Origin: Phoronis australis | Lineage: Eukaryota > Animalia > Phoronida | Direction of reading: 5' to 3' | Assembly (NCBI GenBank): GCA_002633005.1 | Contig: NMRA01000312.1 | Span: forward strand, 77,627-141,626 | Length of the DNA: 64,000 bases | In this document: positions 55,301-63,605 of the stretch, one piece after another | Layout of the letters: each line of letters starts with the position of its first letter | Position numbering within the stretch: position 1 is the first letter of the stretch | Notes under the pieces: model-generated | The model's database searches: none | The model's input: only the letters and a program-made list of their open reading frames with translations | Told to the model about the DNA's origin: nothing | Made by a program: the position numbers and the translations under genes

Positions 55301-58300
55301 GACTATAATTTTCAGTTCACAATTATCTTACAGTAGCATTCCAGGTTTATTACAAAATGGTGAAAACAAACTAGACGCGGATTCCAGATGAACAGTAAAT
55401 CATTTGAAAACCAACCAAAATATTTTGGTTAAACAGTTCACCAGAAAATTTGTCAACATTTTTTTTAAAATTACTATAACTGTTTTTGACACCCTGTCAC
55501 TGTGTGAAAACTAAGAAAAAGCGGAAGCTCAAAATATTAATGACAACTCTTGCAACGAAGCATGACCTACATTTCACATGTACTTTTAAACGCAAACAGA
55601 ACATTCCTATGATCATTTCCTACTGTATGACTAGTAAGGAAGAATCTTGCTCATAATGCCTATATCGACCAAAATTTTGCGATTCATAAAAAGTCATGAC
55701 CACGATGACAGTGAAAGAGCCATCAACCAATTATCTGTCAAAAAACTAATAATTTGATTTAGACAACTTACTGCTAAAAAGCTGTCACTAACTTGTTTCT
55801 TTCTCACATCCCTGGGCTTAGAAAAACAATACTTTATTGCTTGTGATCAGGCTTGATAAGTTGGCTTGTCACAGTGTGTAATTGTAGGTAACCACAACAG
55901 TCTCAATCACTACCACACTGACTCTTATACCATAGCCCGGAAACCATTCATCTGATTATGGAACAATTTGAGAACAATTTCACAACAGAAAGTGGCCTAA
56001 ATCAAGATACTTTTTGAGGGCAAAAGGTGGGTTTAAGGCCGTTTTAAAACTGAGTTGCTACACCCCATTTTTTACTGAATATTGTGCACCTCTCAGTATA
56101 TCAGGGACCATTCAAGTTTTAACTACTAGAAATTAATAAATATAAATCACTGTCATTGATCATGGCAATACCACACACTCTTACCAAAGATCAAACAAAG
56201 CACTAGCATGTGATTAACTAGCTGGTTTTCACAGAACTCCATATTACCTGCACTTGACATTTAAATTTTACTGGTAGCGATTTCAAACAAAATACTACCC
56301 ATGGCAAATATCATTGGTTAAATTTTAATTTACTTCCGTGAAGACTGTTTAATCCTAACATGAATTACACATCTAGTTAGTGAAACACACACAATAGAGC
56401 TCACTGCAACTCTTCAGCATGATAGCCATTGCATTGGTTCGTACTAATGGACTTTAACAATTAATGAACCTTTAAGCCCACTAACCTTTGCTTCACAAAA
56501 AAACAAAGGTCCACATTACTTACAAGTGTGAGTTTCTATAACAAGTTACTCTGCAGTCTTCAATATTGATGTCACCAATACCACCCGGATACAAGTCATT
56601 ATACACCGAGTTCAGATGGGAACAACCCAAGTAATCTGAAATGAAAAATTAAATGACTGTGACTTACTCTTTGCATGTAAATGGCATACAGACTTCATGC
56701 AACTATGCAAACAAGAGCAACACGGAGCGTTGAAATGCGTCCACGAATGCATCGCAAATGGTGTGCTTTTAGAGTTGTTTATTTGTATCATCAAAATGGC
56801 CACTAAATGGCGCAAAATACGTCGAATCCGTCTGAAAACCAGAAAATGTCATCACTTCATTAAAAGAAAGCCATTTATCAAATTTCATTCAAATTCATTG
56901 AGGAATTTCAGAGAAACAGAGGAAAATGAAAAATATGAAATTGCCACAAGGACAGTGTTCGTGGGATCCATCTAAAAGTTATCGTCTTCTCTTGTTAACT
57001 TCATAAAAATACACAAGCTAAATTTAATAAAGATCCTGCAGAGGGCTTAGGAGATACAAGTATGGGTGCAAAAGACAAAACCACCAATAGGAGGTGCCAC
57101 AGTAGACAAAGTCGTCGGAAATTACTCATCAACAGTCCCCTTCATAGAAAGAACATACATGCCAACTTTCACAATAATCCTTTAAGGGGTTTGATTGACA
57201 AGAGAGAGGGACGCCAAAAGCACACTCGAAAGCAACAAAAATGGCCACTAGGTGGCGCAAAATACCTTGAATCAATCCAAAGATGAATGGCTAGCGTCAC
57301 CTCACTAATAGATGTCTATGTACCAAATTTTATGGAAATCCATTGAGGACCTTTGAAGATACAGACGGTAAACATAAAAAACTATAATTGCCACTAGGGG
57401 CTACACTGGTAGACCGATCTGTCCGAAAGTCACCATCGTCTGTTGTCAACTTCATATAAATACATTTGCTAAATTTAATAAAGATTCTGTAGAGCGTTTA
57501 GGAGATACAGACATGGGCGCAAAAACAAACAAAACTGCCACTAGGAGGCGCCACAGTAGTAGAAGTCGTCAGAAAATCATCCTCAACTTTCTTCTTCACA
57601 GTAACAAGACATATGCCAATTTTCACAATTATCCTTCGAGTGGTTTGGTTGTTAGAGGGGCAGACGCCAAAAAAACAACTCGAAAATAGTAAAAATGGCC
57701 ACCAGATGCCGCAAAATGCCTCAAATCCATCCGAAAACCGGAGATTAGCGTCAACTTTTTAATAGATGCCTATGTGCCAAATTTCACGAAAAATCGGTTA
57801 AGGACCTTTGAAAATACAGAGGTAAACGTAAAAAACTAAAATTGCCACTAGGGGGCACAGCAGTATTCGGGTCGGTCCGAAAGTCGTTGCCCTCTGTCGT
57901 CAACCCCATAAGAACACACCTGCCAAATTTCAATAAGATCCTACAAGGGGTTTAAGAGATACAGCCGCGGATGCCGGACAGAGATGGCCACATATAAATA
58001 TGTGGGCGCATAATAAACTTTGACCAAATGCATCGATTCCAGGGCATGAGGCATAATCTTTGTGCTCGAAATACAACTTGAAATTATTTTTGCATTTTCC
58101 CATTTTACGCAAACTCAAAATAGGTGTCTATTATTCAGTGCTCAAAGTACACTATGGTTTACGGAGATGACTCTCTAATCCTGGCTTGCAATTGATGACC
58201 CCAGCATCAACACTATAAGTTTGAGCCTGAACTCGAAATTTCAAGTTTTTATTCGAGTTTGCAGTTCGACTCTCGAGATCATTAACAATGATTTTGGACT

Positions 58301-61300
58301 AGACACTTATTAGGGATCATCAACAATGATTTTGGATTAGACACTTATTAGGGATCATCAACAATGATTTTGGACTAGACACTTATTAGGGATCATTAAC
58401 AATGATTTTGGACTAGACACTTATTAAGGATTATCAACAATGATTTTGGACTAGACACTTTTTAGGGATCATTAACAATGATTTTGGACTAGACACTTAG
58501 TAGCATAAACCACACCAACACACTCGAACAGAAAAAAATAATTCTCTTGAGTTCGTACAAAAGTAGAATGGAATAAAAATTATTTTGACTTCAAGTACAA
58601 AGTCCCCAGGACCAGTTGTTCTACTCTGAAAAATTAAAAAATCAACTGAGTATGGGTATTCAAAAACGAATCTTTGAAATGTTAAGATCATATACTACAT
58701 CTGGCTCTCATGGACAATTCATAATACACTCCAACGAGCTACAAATAGTGCGAATAAGAAATACTTTATTATTAATTTATGATCCAGTATTTGGATATGA
58801 ACTCAAGATCTCAAGCAAAAAGACAATTTATTACTTAATAGAAAAAATGTAGAAACGTTATGCAGGTATTGGTAACAGCCACTCTTCATAACATGATGCG
58901 CTCTTATGCTGTCTGACAGATTGACATACATTCGATGAAGAATTTTATTTGAAAACCTTGAATTTGCGAAAGCAGCTAGAAAATGATTGTTCTAATACAA
59001 CTGATCATGGCTTAAATTGTGAAATCTGTATTGATGAGGTTAGAAATGTTGTAATGAAAACAAAGAATAACAAAGCCGCCAGCTATGACTGTATACTTTA
59101 TGAGGTGAATTCAAAACTAGTGTTGTTTTTCTAACCCAGTTGGTCAATGAATCTTTTAAAGGTGGACTAATGCTTTCTGACTGGTATAAGGCAGTTATAA
59201 TCGGGATACCTAAGAATTCTACAGAGGACCCTAGATAACCTTTGAATTACAGTGGGATTAGTCTTCTTTCCAATATTGATAAAATCTTCAGTGCTGTGTT
59301 GAATAATAGAATTTTGGGTTTCGGTGAACAGAACAATATTTTAGTTGCAAAATGGTTTTCGAAGCCAACAGCCCTGTATTGATCAATGTCCTGTCATCTT
59401 ATTCAAAAAAGAAGGTCGTCTAACCTTTCTACATTTGTGACATTTGTGGACATGAAAAACACTTACGACTGGACAAACCATGAACTTCTGTTTTATAAAT
59501 TACTGCAAAATAATATTAATGGTAGAATGTATGATGCAGGAGGCAGTGTGGCCTGGTTGATAAGTGCCCGTTTTCTTTACTCGAGGTCATGGGTTCATGT
59601 TCCACCAGGTCACACTGCTAAACCCTTGAGCCAGGTTTCTAGCTCCTCAGCTCGGTTTTAATCATATATTAATAAAGTATAAAAATATTTCCAGGTGATC
59701 AGTGCAATGGACCCACATGTGAGGCCTGCGCACGTCTGGTACAACATGTATGAGACCACCTGCAATTATTTTTTTATATGTATGATGCAATTAGTATGAT
59801 TTACAAAAATCCGTTCATTGAACTGTATACGATTAAATGGCACTCTAAATAGTGGTTGGTTCACTCCTGAAAATGGTGTACATCAGGGGGACGTTTTATC
59901 ACAGACACTCTTTGTGTTATATATAAATGACTTAGCTCTGGGTATTAAAAAACTCGGAAAAGGTGCCCAATGTGGCCCAAAAAATAAAGTGCTTCTTTAT
60001 GGCAACGATACTGCACTTTTGTCTGAGAATGAAAATGACATGCAAGATGTTGAAGGTTTTAAACAACTGGAGGTGTAAAAAGTGGAGAATGATTGCGAAC
60101 ATGGCAAAAACTGTTGTCCATTTTTGAGCTAAGTCTATGCCTATAAGCAATTTTGAATTTATTTTGAACAGTGTCATCAGTAATAAATCCTCATACAAAT
60201 ATTTAGGCTGTATTCTGGATCAACATCTTGACTTCAAAGAAAATTTGAGTACGTTATCTGAAGCTTCTGGTAGAGCACTAGGGAAGATATGCTGAACATT
60301 CCATGATGACAAGAATCTAGGATTCGAAACGTTTAAAAAACATTATTTAATTCGTGTGTGGCACCAATTTTGGATTACGGGTCATCTGTTTGGGGTTACA
60401 AAAATTTTGGTAATGATGAAAATATTCAAAACAGAGCTATGCGTTTTTATTTAGGTGTCAACCGATTTACAACCACTCATGCTGTTAGTGGCGATATGGG
60501 GTGGGACTCCACCAGAAATAGATTTAAATTGAATATGCTGCGTCTTTGGAACAAACTAGTAACCACAGGTGGTGATAGGTTACTGAAGAAGGTATTTCTA
60601 TGGGACTACTCTGTTGGTAGAAAGGGTTGGATAGATGGAATCAAAAATTTGTTTAACATAACTGGCATGCAATCCTATATTCAAAATTTGACTACTTGTA
60701 ACATAGTAGACGCTAGAAACAAACTATTTGAATACGTGAAACATGTTTGGGCTGAGTCTGTTGTAACAAAACCCAAGTTAAGAACCTACTTTTTATTTAA
60801 ATACGAGCGAGTTTTTAACTGAGCCGTATGTAAAGATTAATCTATCTCATTCCTAGTAATCTCTTCTGGGTCAGCTTATAGCAGGAAATCTCCCATTGCA
60901 CTTGGAAAATGATCGTTATGTAAACACTCCTGCTTGTGTTGTGATTCTGATTCTGTGGAGGATGAGCTAAATTTTGTGTTTGATTGTTCTCTTTATAACT
61001 CACGGAGGTCTATTCTGTTTAATAATATTGCACTTCAAATCCCAAACTTTGCAGATTTCAGAAGATTAGATACATTAAAACTGCTGTTTCAGTATTTCCC
61101 TAGGCAACTTGCCAAATATATCAAGTCTGCTTCCGAACTTAGAAACCGACGGATTTATGGTAGGCCTACATCTGAGTTGCGTGGTTAAATTGACTAATAA
61201 GCCCAACTGGGCTGGATACTTATCTTTCTTACGAATGTTATATCAGTAACTGTTTGAATTAATTGTACTGGTCACTATAATAAATAAATACTAATACTAA

Positions 61301-62367
61301 TATACAGAAGAGACTTAGAAAGCTGCCATGGGAAATTCTTTAAATTCCAATTCATGAGAATCCACAAACTTAAGATAAATGAAGCAGATGTTAAAAAATC
61401 AAATTGTCCTTGTTGGCAAAACCAAGAATGAGCACACCTGGTTCCACTGAAGTTTTTTGAAAACTGCAATGATGCAAGAAAACAGACTGTGAAAAGTCAA
61501 CTGCAACATACAACAAACTGCAACATATAGCAAAATCTCACCAATATAGAATACAGCATTGCGAAAATGTGAAGTTCTAATAAATTAATATTTCCATATT
61601 TTTCATAAAGGATATTACTAAGTACCAAGAAATGTCATGTTTTCTCTGCTGTGCACTACAGCCCCTAGAAGCCATTTACAGTAATTATGACAGAAGACTT
61701 GGAAAGTGAAAAAATTAGTAATATTCTTGGCAATCCTATTTTTCTGAAATTGGCGAGATTTTACTGTAGGTTACTATTAGCAACTTGCCTATAGAGTCAA
61801 GTGGCATTTCCAGGACAATTTCAAGAATCATTATCATACACTGATAAAAATGTCAAGTGTTTGTGCTAAATCCTATACTTACAGGTTGCCGATGACGAAG
61901 TGAATATCTGCAAGTGTAAAAAGTATTTTTTCACATTTTCAAAATCATTCAAATTACCATTACTTAAAGAATGGATTAAAGAAAGTGTTCCATAAACTTT
62001 GGGGGATGCAAATAAATTTCAGAAAATAAAATGCGACTGTCTGTTCAATATGGATTACGAACAGTACTCCAAACGTTACTTTAAAATAAGAGGCTCCTTT
62101 TGAATAGCCAAATACAGACTTTGTCTAGTGATTTTATTCTCATAATTGCAAGATTAAAACCATTTTATAGTGAATTACTAAAATTAAATGCACTCATCTG
62201 GAAATTCCTTCAGATGTTAAACATTAAACAGATAACAGACAAAACATATTGAATGTACCAACCATGAAAGCTTAAGGACTAAAACTTCCAATTTTTAGAC
62301 AAAATCAAACAGTACTTACCAACAAAGTTACAAGAAAAAGCACCAGAGATAATTGGTATTTCTCCAT
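4191..62367 (-). CDS. Polycystin-1-family (PKD1-like/PKD1L2/REJ-type) receptor-channel; 41 coding exons, ~3936 aa
   Basis: Hand-built GT-AG exon chain with consistent phases (11811 nt). Domains: signal peptide, WSC, PKD repeats (WDFGDG), REJ, GAIN/GPS, TM1, PLAT (VWHDNSG), TOP (YAGGGF, WLD..RAIFVEFVLYN) and TRPP S1-S6. Exact paralog not assignable by eye. Confidence 0.92.
4696..4818. repeat. 26-bp minisatellite x~5 with palindromic core
   Basis: Unit tttgaacatgttcagatactattcac. Confidence 0.9.
5131..5400 (-). CDS. Polycystin exon 40: pore loop and S6
   Basis: NKFDYNSLSQANPVFAPLVFLSFVIFVTFMLLNFFLSMICDAF; AG/GT boundaries. Confidence 0.92.
5473..5745. mobile_element. MITE family A, copy 1
   Basis: TIR-like ends atacagtac..aaagtaatcatacaaaat / attttgtctgaatacttttgtcttgtaccgtat; interior is the reverse complement of copies at 8597 and ~37730. 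Confidence 0.7.
6176..6431 (-). CDS. Polycystin exon 39: S4-S5 and pore helix
   Basis: TIKCLKLLRFNKKMSMLGRTL...FSTFIKAAETLFSMML, a TRPP signature. Confidence 0.93.
7266..7295. mobile_element. Terminal hairpin of a Helentron/DINE-like element (family of 56709-58017)
   Basis: atgcgtccacatataaatatgtgggcgcat matches the end of the element at ~57988-58011. Confidence 0.6.
7673..7831 (-). CDS. Polycystin exon 38: S3
   Basis: DFWNKMEFAVTCLMITAVVMFFYRF...FINFQWTAGWDE. Confidence 0.92.
8344..8507 (-). CDS. Polycystin exon 37: S2
   Basis: AIYPMYKFYIMRLD...AEFLTICFTIFYMVREILKIKKDGLRNYFK. Confidence 0.92.
8597..8896. mobile_element. MITE family A, copy 2 (best preserved, 300 bp)
   Basis: TIRs atgcagtacaag...aaaat / attttg...cttgtactgcat. 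Confidence 0.75.
9074..9205. repeat. Short foldback/MITE with ~30-bp inverted arms
   Basis: gatcacaaacatttttaagtctggtctgca pairs with tgcagaacagacttaaaaatgttggtgatc. Confidence 0.7.
9357..9446. repeat. 21-bp minisatellite x4
   Basis: Unit atgatttaggttagtatgcaa. Confidence 0.93.
9841..10119 (-). CDS. Polycystin exon 36: TOP domain
   Basis: YTGNLATYAGGGF...LKNNNWLDSSARAIFVEFVLYNPQVNL...ELLPTGG. Confidence 0.95.
10222..10665. repeat. ~100-bp inverted repeat flanking an assembly gap
   Basis: 10222-10324 is a near-exact reverse complement of 10563-10665. Confidence 0.85.
10325..10393. other. Assembly gap (N run)
   Basis: Run of n in the sequence. Confidence 0.99.
11100..11213 (-). CDS. Polycystin exon 35: TOP domain
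   Basis: HNCSVTSVDFPLQCREAYNMDFEDQGHYRRSW; conserved C...C..Y..ED..Y...W pattern. Confidence 0.9.
11988..12159 (-). CDS. Polycystin exon 34: TOP domain
   Basis: VTNYNQFWSWLNQTF...MLGSPRLRLLRM. Confidence 0.93.
12846..13032 (-). CDS. Polycystin exon 33: channel S1
   Basis: KENEMQAIIVEIIVYLFFLYLLLMIGYGNRDP. Confidence 0.93.
13675..13901 (-). CDS. Polycystin exon 32
   Basis: VLGLAVFYSLVIKKPD...PPDEEYLKACKLQR. Confidence 0.9.
14138..14251. repeat. 28-bp minisatellite x4
   Basis: Unit gtgccagggaacagactgatggcagacc. Confidence 0.95.
14382..15128 (-). mobile_element. Truncated Penelope-like retroelement (RT C-terminus + GIY-YIG endonuclease) with inverted pseudo-LTR
   Basis: ORF 14399-15016 has LQKNGYP and VVYKFFCAGCGFSYIGET..LKTRTKEH (GIY-YIG). 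A 30-bp inverted repeat (14382-14411 / 15099-15128, 1 mismatch) bounds it. Confidence 0.9.
15056..15103 (+). ncRNA. Minimal hammerhead ribozyme motif in the Penelope pseudo-LTR
   Basis: CTGATGA, stem II (tggagt...gacacc), GAAA, CATG, TC; palindromic loop III typical of PLE minimal hammerheads. Stem I is weak. Confidence 0.75.
15878..16699 (-). CDS. Polycystin exon 31: post-PLAT TM segments
   Basis: LTDGHLWFSVFGRPAKSRFTRCQRLTCC...LPHWFIYIGY...ESIFFTQPIK, a PKD1-family hallmark. Confidence 0.95.
16976..17265 (-). CDS. Polycystin exon 30: PLAT/LH2 domain
   Basis: GTTAKV...GSVDSF...LGQLAHVRVWHDNSGTNPSWF...KWWAVDEDEGL. Confidence 0.95.
17401..17460. repeat. 18-bp minisatellite x3.3
   Basis: Unit cacagtattgaggcgcac. 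Confidence 0.9.
17853..17940 (-). CDS. Polycystin exon 29: PLAT start
   Basis: LLDNDPRHKYLYELTVYTGSKSRAG. Confidence 0.93.
19257..19406 (-). CDS. Polycystin exon 28: stalk and TM1
   Basis: VPMNTINP...NPVIFSVMVALICLYLTTLIWAKKADRMD. Confidence 0.93.
20303..20473 (-). CDS. Polycystin exon 27: atypical GPS motif
   Basis: VGPLTTPYKTHCICSFLT-[insert with RVRR]-AAFGAAFK; 171 nt, phase 0-0. Confidence 0.9.
21200..21348 (-). CDS. Polycystin exon 26: GPS N-terminal half
   Basis: AQCKYFSDYTQQWETDGCE matches the C.YF......W...GC motif. Confidence 0.93.
22014..22213 (-). CDS. Polycystin exon 25: GAIN region, S/T-rich, RKRR
   Basis: GTMVTIYFGIKSQ...LSRKRRSLKGNATLAP; phases 2/1 fit the neighbours. Confidence 0.85.
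22592..23580 (-). CDS. Polycystin exon 24: GAIN region with mucin-like inserts
   Basis: SPFP...VVMLSVTDDTGSSV...IVITR; long Thr-rich stretches; IYVGINFVPT. Confidence 0.9.
23660..23808. repeat. ~34-bp minisatellite x~4.5
   Basis: Unit tatacaaaatatcaccactataggatacaatatg. Confidence 0.92.
25040..25289 (-). pseudogene. THAP zinc-finger fragment (transposase N-terminus)
   Basis: CVIPAC...SFFRLP...RKW...RVCGRYF...DF is the THAP pattern with the C2CH His changed to Tyr; truncated. Confidence 0.8.
26492..26608 (+). repeat. Dispersed repeat, related copy at 45475-45597
   Basis: Shared agtcataataaatgaccttatatcgcc...gagcttgcgacgcac...cataaat. Confidence 0.75.
28138..28235 (-). CDS. Polycystin exon 23
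   Basis: GSLDAKGGSGITMP...; phase 1/0; cacag and gtaagt boundaries. Confidence 0.85.
29196..29355 (-). CDS. Polycystin exon 22
   Basis: ...KKVEGEQPSVISANGLDL, resembling the GAIN 'V.GE.P' motif. Confidence 0.88.
31744..31841 (-). CDS. Polycystin exon 21
   Basis: GNSANAIADTKD...AGPSQ; phase 1/0. Confidence 0.8.
32486..32723 (-). CDS. Polycystin exon 20: helical REJ/GAIN-A region
   Basis: ARSEMASALKNVPISDVSQVASLATAM...IMAVMG. Confidence 0.88.
33158..33303 (-). CDS. Polycystin exon 19
   Basis: Thr-rich linker ...DEEARKTLAQTQ; phase 1/0. Confidence 0.83.
33944..34100 (-). CDS. Polycystin exon 18
   Basis: VYKP...LASSGDVSKLSCTVMAISSTLN. Confidence 0.85.
35126..35259 (-). CDS. Polycystin exon 17: REJ
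   Basis: LPAGNEDDDFYIQFIFIATDYIGS, the REJ LP.G...D..G motif. Confidence 0.9.
35895..36089 (-). CDS. Polycystin exon 16: REJ
   Basis: INKPPRVGRGSINPPNGTALQTLFNTLCDGFIDEDLPLTY. Confidence 0.92.
36515..36723 (-). CDS. Polycystin exon 15: REJ
   Basis: QWSLL...TSTGLQTANLGI...; phase 2/1. Confidence 0.88.
37401..37514 (-). CDS. Polycystin exon 14: REJ
   Basis: CAANC...KFNPDMKVSL...YVYQ. Confidence 0.87.
37732..38004. mobile_element. MITE family A, copy 3 (degenerate)
   Basis: Shares gactgagaatg..., aattagaatttt, ctgttaacag and tgattacttttgtctagtact with 8597-8896. Confidence 0.65.
38325..38490 (-). CDS. Polycystin exon 13: REJ
   Basis: ...VVIRKDDRKVTVSQFLEITDGPSPEVEIT. Confidence 0.9.
38771..41149 (-). 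mobile_element. Helentron-associated (DINE-1/HINE-like) non-autonomous element with ~820-bp internal tandem duplication
   Basis: Subterminal IRs acttggcaaaatt (38797) / aattctgccaagt (41131); hairpin cgctc-ggag-gagcg (38781-38794); diverged direct copies at ~39575-40330 and ~40397-41095. Confidence 0.65.
41276..41390 (+). mobile_element. Solo Penelope pseudo-LTR fragment with mutated hammerhead
   Basis: Homologous to 15018-15128; core reads CTAATGA...GGTGT/ACACC-GAAACATGTC. Confidence 0.8.
41545..44616 (-). CDS. Polycystin exon 12 (3072 nt): PKD repeat array and REJ start
   Basis: Multiple PKD repeats (YEFGDG, VDFGDG, WDFGDG; H.Y...G.Y.I...A.N.VS) followed by the REJ start (PCSWPVV, LNC, SRDPD-like, FLWLCRR). 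Confidence 0.95.
45133..45396 (-). CDS. Polycystin exon 11: PKD repeat with insert
   Basis: GTNVTYLVDMGDG... Confidence 0.9.
46238..46343 (-). CDS. Polycystin exon 10
   Basis: LYVVVQDEILNLTI...LDIDQG. Confidence 0.88.
47040..47140. repeat. Short foldback repeat, related copy at ~11505-11570
   Basis: tcacttac...ttttgagcaccagtt / aactggttctcaaaat...gtaagtga; the core accagttttctccactgaa is shared with 11506. Confidence 0.6.
47342..47574 (-). CDS. Polycystin exon 9: PKD repeat
   Basis: YNWTWGDG...HTYEEAGVYRVDIVAWNDVT. Confidence 0.92.
48223..48871 (-). CDS. Polycystin exon 8: Cys-rich insert and beta domain
   Basis: VFRPVCTYDFCLRSYSC...IRVQPGDMLAIQ...FYHTYERVDKFNISA. Confidence 0.9.
49290..49448. 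repeat. Foldback/MITE-like inverted repeat
   Basis: gaggaaactgtcatctcagatttttt / aaaaaatctgagacaacagtttgctc, with an inner catcagcca/tggctgatg pair. Confidence 0.6.
49710..49870 (-). CDS. Polycystin exon 7
   Basis: GSSLYKVGQ...FKYHGLIRSWDLNVKTPGVVSFQ. Confidence 0.88.
50681..50837 (-). CDS. Polycystin exon 6: PKD-like half repeat
   Basis: ...FTFDVHIDSGTKIQLQVATGD...; phase 0/1. Confidence 0.85.
52398..52636 (-). CDS. Polycystin exon 5: PKD repeat
   Basis: IDFGDG...VHSF; phase 1/0. Confidence 0.87.
55044..55222 (-). CDS. Polycystin exon 4: WSC domain C-half
   Basis: YSAIYEATTCFC...CDLECP....KCGGEQSMSVY. Confidence 0.92.
56524..56635 (-). CDS. Polycystin exon 3: WSC domain N-half
   Basis: YYLGC...INIEDCRVTC. 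Confidence 0.9.
56709..58017. mobile_element. Helentron/DINE-like non-autonomous element with internal ~150-bp satellite (~450-bp higher-order period)
   Basis: subTIRs atgcgtccac (56735) / gtgggcgcat (58002), hairpin caacacggagcgttg, terminal palindrome, and about 8 diverged monomers. Confidence 0.65.
58277..58498. repeat. 38-bp minisatellite x~6
   Basis: Unit gatcattaacaatgattttggactagacacttattagg. Confidence 0.95.
58870..61190 (+). mobile_element. Decayed LINE (non-LTR retrotransposon) ORF2, frameshifted
   Basis: RT remnants NYSGISLLS, FVDMKNTYD, GVHQGDVLSQTLFVLYINDL, LLYGND (YADD), YKYLG and PILDYGSSVWG, plus C-terminal C..VEDE.NFVFDC; many stops and frameshifts. Confidence 0.9.
59539..59777 (+). 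mobile_element. tRNA-derived SINE nested in the LINE
   Basis: A-box-like TGGCCTGGTTG and B-box-like GGTTCATGTTCC; exact 12-bp TSD atgtatgatgca (59527-59538 / 59778-59789). Confidence 0.85.
61883..61907 (-). CDS. Polycystin exon 2: 25-nt micro-exon completing the signal peptide
   Basis: ttttacacttgcag|ATA TTC ACT TCG TCA TCG GCA ACC T|gtaagt; bridges phase 0 to phase 1. Confidence 0.8.
62320..62367 (-). CDS. Polycystin exon 1: start codon and signal peptide
   Basis: gaaATGG context; MEKYQLSLVLFLVTLL followed by gtaagt. Confidence 0.8.
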
Positions 62368-63605
62368 TTCCACAATTACATCACAACCTTGTCCAAACTA
62401 ACTCTGTGCTCCATGTCTGTTAACGGCCCGCAAAATGATGACAATCAATACCACATAACCGATCATGAAAGTTTATTGATTAAAATCAGCATTATAAACA
62501 ATTACACTCATGGGATTTGGAGGTGCCATTGTTTAGACTGGCAATTAGCTCGTCAGCGTTTTTCATGCCTGACACAGCAAGAAATCAATAAAATTGATTC
62601 GATTTTTCGCTGGCAACAGGGTCCGGGAAGGTACCTGTCTGGTCATATTTTTTCTACCTGTTGTCAGTTTCACGGTGACCGATGACATTGCTGTTCTTGT
62701 TGCCAACGGAAACAATAACGAACATTACGAGACCAATTTTAAGAGATTAAAATGATTAATTGGATTTTCTGCTAATTTATAGTCTGCAAAAACAGCAAAA
62801 TGCAGCTTTAACTTACTTATAATTTTTTTTTCAATTTAAGGCACAGAAATTTGTGAGAAAGGAGAAATATTCACAGACATCTGATTCAATATTTTCCAAC
62901 TTTTACTTTCAAAGATAAAGATTCAAAGATTCAATTTAACATAATTTTTTACAATTAATCTTTTTTTTGATGTCCCAAACCAGGGAATTTGTACCAAGGC
63001 TTTGTCCAGTCTAGAATTTATTGTCATCAGGGACGTAAAAAGATTTTGCACACCAAATTCAAAAGGCCACTTTTATTAATTCATTAGGTCACTTTTATTA
63101 ACTAATAATTTGTCTAAAAAACTGAAAAAAGTTACAAATCCACACAAGATATGCAAAGTAAATCACCCAATACTGGCACTACGGTCAATCATCTTGTAAC
63201 CATGTATCATGGCATGATGAAATGATATAACTTGTAAATAAAATGTATCATGCAGTTCAATTATCTTAACCTGCAAGTTCTGTGCCCTTAGCCCAACTAA
63301 TACAAATACTGGCACCTGTTTCACTACCAAGATACTCAATCATTGTCATTTGATAGTTCTGGCTTTGACAAAGTTAAATATTTGACCAAAGTCCTTTTGC
63401 CTCATTTGAGGTTTCATTTAATGAATAAATAATCAATTACACACACGAAGTGAGAAGAAGTTTAAACATTTATGAAGGAGTGGGTCACACAGGAAGATAT
63501 TTACATTCAATTCATTGAGACAAATGAGGTTATTATTTGCCAGAAATGAAACAGAACCTTAAAGAGGAACGCAACTGTTTTTGATGCTAAAGAAGCTTGG
63601 AATGC

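Noticed and set aside
58277-58498. CRISPR-like appearance of 26-38 bp repeats (also 2303, 14138, 23660)
   Set aside because: Units are head-to-tail with no unique spacers, there are no cas genes, and the context is eukaryotic; these are minisatellites.
59539-59615. Possible tRNA gene
   Set aside because: Degenerate boxes, no convincing cloverleaf, and a flanking TSD identify it as a SINE head.
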